This document shows, piece after piece, positions 29,298 to 32,000 of a DNA stretch of 32,000 bases. The number at the start of each line of letters is the position of its first letter. Position 1 is the first letter of the stretch. The stretch comes from Pasteurella multocida (GTDB taxonomy: Bacteria; Pseudomonadota; Gammaproteobacteria; Enterobacterales; Pasteurellaceae). The position numbers and the translations under genes were made by a program. The notes below the pieces were generated by a model. The model saw only the letters and a list, made by a program, of their open reading frames with translations. It made no database searches and was not told where the DNA came from. The stretch is taken from NCBI RefSeq assembly GCF_900187275.1, contig NZ_LT906458.1, forward strand, positions 1,890,001-1,922,000. Direction: 5' to 3'.

Positions 29298-31646
29298 TTA
29301 ATAGAGACTAAACGCTTGTAAATACGGTAGTTTGCCTCGTTGTAGCATTTTCTCAATATTGCCTTTGTGATCATCACGACCTAAGCCTCGTAGCTCAATA
29401 TTGATACCAATACTTTTGTCATAAAAAATTTGATTCGCCGTTTGGTTTTCTTTGCTGGTCACACTACGTCGGGCACCAACATTAATCGCCCAACAGCAAG
29501 TGCTGTATTCTAGTCCCAAATATTGCTCAACAGGCTTTCTCAACGCAAGATCTTGATAATGACGTGCTACCACCGCCCATTGATCCGTGAGTGCCCATGC
29601 CACAGTTAGACCAAGCTGTTTTATGTCTTGTCCGTAGCGGTTCGCCGCTGAGGTGAGGTTTTGGTCAATATATTGTTGACTTGCATAACGGTAACTTAAT
29701 TGAATAATATTATTTCCCGTCGGGTTATATTCTAGAGTAAAGTTGCCCAATGAGGATTTATTTAGGCGTGTATCATATTGATAGCTGCCTTGCCAACGCC
29801 ATTGATCATTGATTTTCCAGTTGGAGGCAAGTGACCAAGAGGAGGAGCGCCCATAGGTGCTGTTTTCTTTACTGTTATCAATGCGCGAGTCTTGCAAATA
29901 GTAAATTTGCCCCGCAGAGAAATTAAAGCGTTCATTGCCTTTTTTATCATAAATACGCGTGGTACCACCTACCGTGAATTGATTGGCAGAGGCGATGCGG
30001 TCTAATCCACTGTAACGACGATCACGGAATAAGCCGAAATAGTCTTGCTGTAAGAGAGAAGAGTCATAACCAAAACCTAAGTAGGCATTATTTAATTTTG
30101 AACCAATATTGCTTTGGTCTTTGTAAGGGCGATATAAATATTGCACATGAGGTTCTAAAGTTTGTGTGTAACCTTCAATAAACGTTTGCTGGCTAGCCAA
30201 AACTGTTTGTAAGTCCACTTTGACTTGTGGCAAGACACGATTGATTTTTCGTTCTACTTGTTCTGCTTCCGCCGCACGCCCTTGCGTTTGTTGGTAGTGG
30301 GTTGCATAGAGTTTCGTTTCAATGTTTAAACTACCATAACGATTCGATAGCGGTAAATTGATGCTCGGTTCAGCATGAAAACGCCATGCTTTTGGCATTA
30401 ATGGACTTTTATTATCAAAGTGAACTGCTTGTGAAAAGAGTTTGAAATTCAAAGGGCTATCGAACAGGGCATTTTGGTAATAGTTGAAATCGACTTGCGG
30501 CAGAGCGCGATATGGACCAATATCCACTTCGTTGAAAATTTGGAATTGTTTAGCCGAAATCGCAATATTGTAATGCGGTTGGTAATAGGCAACACGGAAT
30601 TTTTGATCCGCATAGCCGTCTGTGCTTGAGCCATAAGCTGAATCAAAGTCTGAAAAATAACGTTGATCGCTAACACGGGTATAATCCAAATTTAAACGCC
30701 AATTTTGTAAGAAACTGGAATGATGTGTCCAATAAAATAAGTGGCGAGAACGATCGCGATTGCGGTAATCGGTTAGTCGATCTTGCTTTAAATATTCGCC
30801 TGCAATTTTTCCTTCCCCGATTGGGCTTAAATAGCGGAATTCACCATTAAGTTGCCAACCACGTTTTGACATATATTTTGGGGTCATGGTGGCATCAAGG
30901 TTTGGTGCAATATTCCAATAAAACGGTTGCTCATAGAAATAACCGTCACGATTTGATGTCCCAAAATTTGGTAATAATAAACCTGAACGACGGCGATCCC
31001 CAATCGGTAGCTGTAAATAAGGGGTGTAAAAAATCGGTACACCATGCACTTTAAAACGTGCATGCCACATTTCCGCGTATTCTTCTTGAATATGTTGTCG
31101 CATTTCTTTCGCTTCAATTGACCATGCATTATCTTGTGGTAAGCAAGATGTAAACACTGCATTTGTCATGAGACGATAATCTTCGCGTAGCGCAATGGAT
31201 TCTGCTTTGCCTCGTCCTTGACGATCGACTAGTTGGTAATCTGCGTTTTTGATATCAGTGTTTTTCGTATTGAGCTGCACTTGCGCTTCTTCACCTTTTA
31301 GCTGGATTTGGTGATCTTGATACTCAAATCCTCCGCGGACATGCGCTAAACGCTGTAGTCCATTGGGCTGTTTTTGTTGACTGATGTCTGCACGTTGGGC
31401 ACGGAGTTGGCGGTTACCTTGTTGAATTTCTACATTGCCTTCATAGCTGGCACTAACAGATTGGTTTAATCTTGCCTGATCAGCTTCGATGTAAACAGGC
31501 AAGTCATTTGGATTACCCGTGACCAATTCGCCCGTAAAATGTGGGACACCAGCTAAACATTGTGATTTCAAGTCAGCTAAACTGGATACACTATAAAGGG
31601 TACTCAAGATAGCGATAGAAAGGCGTGTGTAAGAATTCTTTTTCAT
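29298..31646 (-). CDS. lptD: LPS-assembly protein LptD
   Basis: Signal peptide MKKNSYTRLSIAILSTLYSVSSLA; OstA domain; VFYTPYLQLPIGDRRRSGLLLPNFGTSNRDGYFYEQPFYWNIAPN; beta-barrel C-terminus ending GRDDHKGNIEKMLQRGKLPYLQAFSLY-type. Confidence 0.94.
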   Translation of the reverse strand: MKKNSYTRLSIAILSTLYSVSSLADLKSQCLAGVPHFTGELVTGNPNDLPVYIEADQARLNQSVSASYEGNVEIQQGNRQLRAQRADISQQKQPNGLQRLAHVRGGFEYQDHQIQLKGEEAQVQLNTKNTDIKNADYQLVDRQGRGKAESIALREDYRLMTNAVFTSCLPQDNAWSIEAKEMRQHIQEEYAEMWHARFKVHGVPIFYTPYLQLPIGDRRRSGLLLPNFGTSNRDGYFYEQPFYWNIAPNLDATMTPKYMSKRGWQLNGEFRYLSPIGEGKIAGEYLKQDRLTDYRNRDRSRHLFYWTHHSSFLQNWRLNLDYTRVSDQRYFSDFDSAYGSSTDGYADQKFRVAYYQPHYNIAISAKQFQIFNEVDIGPYRALPQVDFNYYQNALFDSPLNFKLFSQAVHFDNKSPLMPKAWRFHAEPSINLPLSNRYGSLNIETKLYATHYQQTQGRAAEAEQVERKINRVLPQVKVDLQTVLASQQTFIEGYTQTLEPHVQYLYRPYKDQSNIGSKLNNAYLGFGYDSSLLQQDYFGLFRDRRYSGLDRIASANQFTVGGTTRIYDKKGNERFNFSAGQIYYLQDSRIDNSKENSTYGRSSSWSLASNWKINDQWRWQGSYQYDTRLNKSSLGNFTLEYNPTGNNIIQLSYRYASQQYIDQNLTSAANRYGQDIKQLGLTVAWALTDQWAVVARHYQDLALRKPVEQYLGLEYSTCCWAINVGARRSVTSKENQTANQIFYDKSIGINIELRGLGRDDHKGNIEKMLQRGKLPYLQAFSLY

Positions 31647-31709
31647 CGGATAAACCATACATAATCAAAAATTAGCCTGATTATACTGGAAAATCAGGGG
31701 AAAGGCATA

Positions 31710-32000
31710 TTATTTACAGCAACAATCATTCAGGTGATCATTGACCAATCCCATCGACTGCATAAAGGCATAACAAGTGGTTTCTCCAACAAAAACAAAG
31801 CCCCGTTTTTTCAACGCGTTAGACATAGCAATGGAAGTTGGTGTTTTCGTGGGGACGCTTGCTAAGTTAGGGACGTCATTGAACTGGGGTTGGTGATTGA
31901 CAAACGACCAAATAAAATTGCTAAAATTCTCACCGCACTTTTGCATGGCTAAATACGCTTTGGCGTTAGTAATAATCGCTTCAAGTTTTTTGCGATGACG
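31710..32000 (-). CDS. tag: DNA-3-methyladenine glycosylase I, C-terminal part (truncated by window edge)
   Basis: Open frame continues to window edge (RHRKKLEAIITNAKAYLAMQKCGENFSNFIWSFVN...SNALKKRGFVFVGETTCYAFMQSMGLVNDH). Confidence 0.92.
   Translation of the reverse strand, partial: RHRKKLEAIITNAKAYLAMQKCGENFSNFIWSFVNHQPQFNDVPNLASVPTKTPTSIAMSNALKKRGFVFVGETTCYAFMQSMGLVNDHLNDCCCK

Noticed and set aside
1-32000. A novel defence, mobile or secondary-metabolite system
   Set aside because: Nearly all sequence is explained by recognisable housekeeping, transport and respiratory genes. No integrase, transposase, repeat array, toxin-antitoxin pair or cluster of unknown genes was seen.

Overview
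This 32 kb window looks like ordinary core chromosome from a Pasteurellaceae bacterium. That placement rests on Hin-type DNA uptake signal cores (AAAGTGCGGT / ACCGCACTTT, at least 11 found by eye) and on gene content. Gene order: udp (partial, -), asnC (-), asnA (+), murQ-murP (-) divergent from a murR/rpiR-type regulator (+), a TAXI-type TRAP operon (+), marC family (-), yheS-like ABC-F (+), secreted hypothetical (-), rpoH (-), DASS/SLC13 anion transporter (-), phospholipase D family protein (-), a compact minus-strand block narQ / peptidase S51 (pepE-like) / murB / small conserved protein / tehA, the periplasmic nitrate reductase operon napFDAGHBC (+), dprA (+), lptD (-) and tag (partial, -). 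I saw no rRNA, tRNA, CRISPR, prophage, transposon or defence island, and no clear evidence of a new multi-gene system. The most interesting signals are non-coding or very small. (1) The leader of the TAXI-TRAP operon holds a boxA-like motif, an unannotated 30-aa His-rich ORF with a good Shine-Dalgarno and ATGA coupling, and a PurR-box-like palindrome. (2) A USS hairpin without a T-run sits between napA and napG. (3) The DASS transporter has two FNR-like boxes 31 bp apart, one overlapping a -10-like hexamer. (4) The murQ-murR intergenic region has a CRP-like site plus an inverted repeat. All regulatory calls come from reading motifs by eye and are untested.
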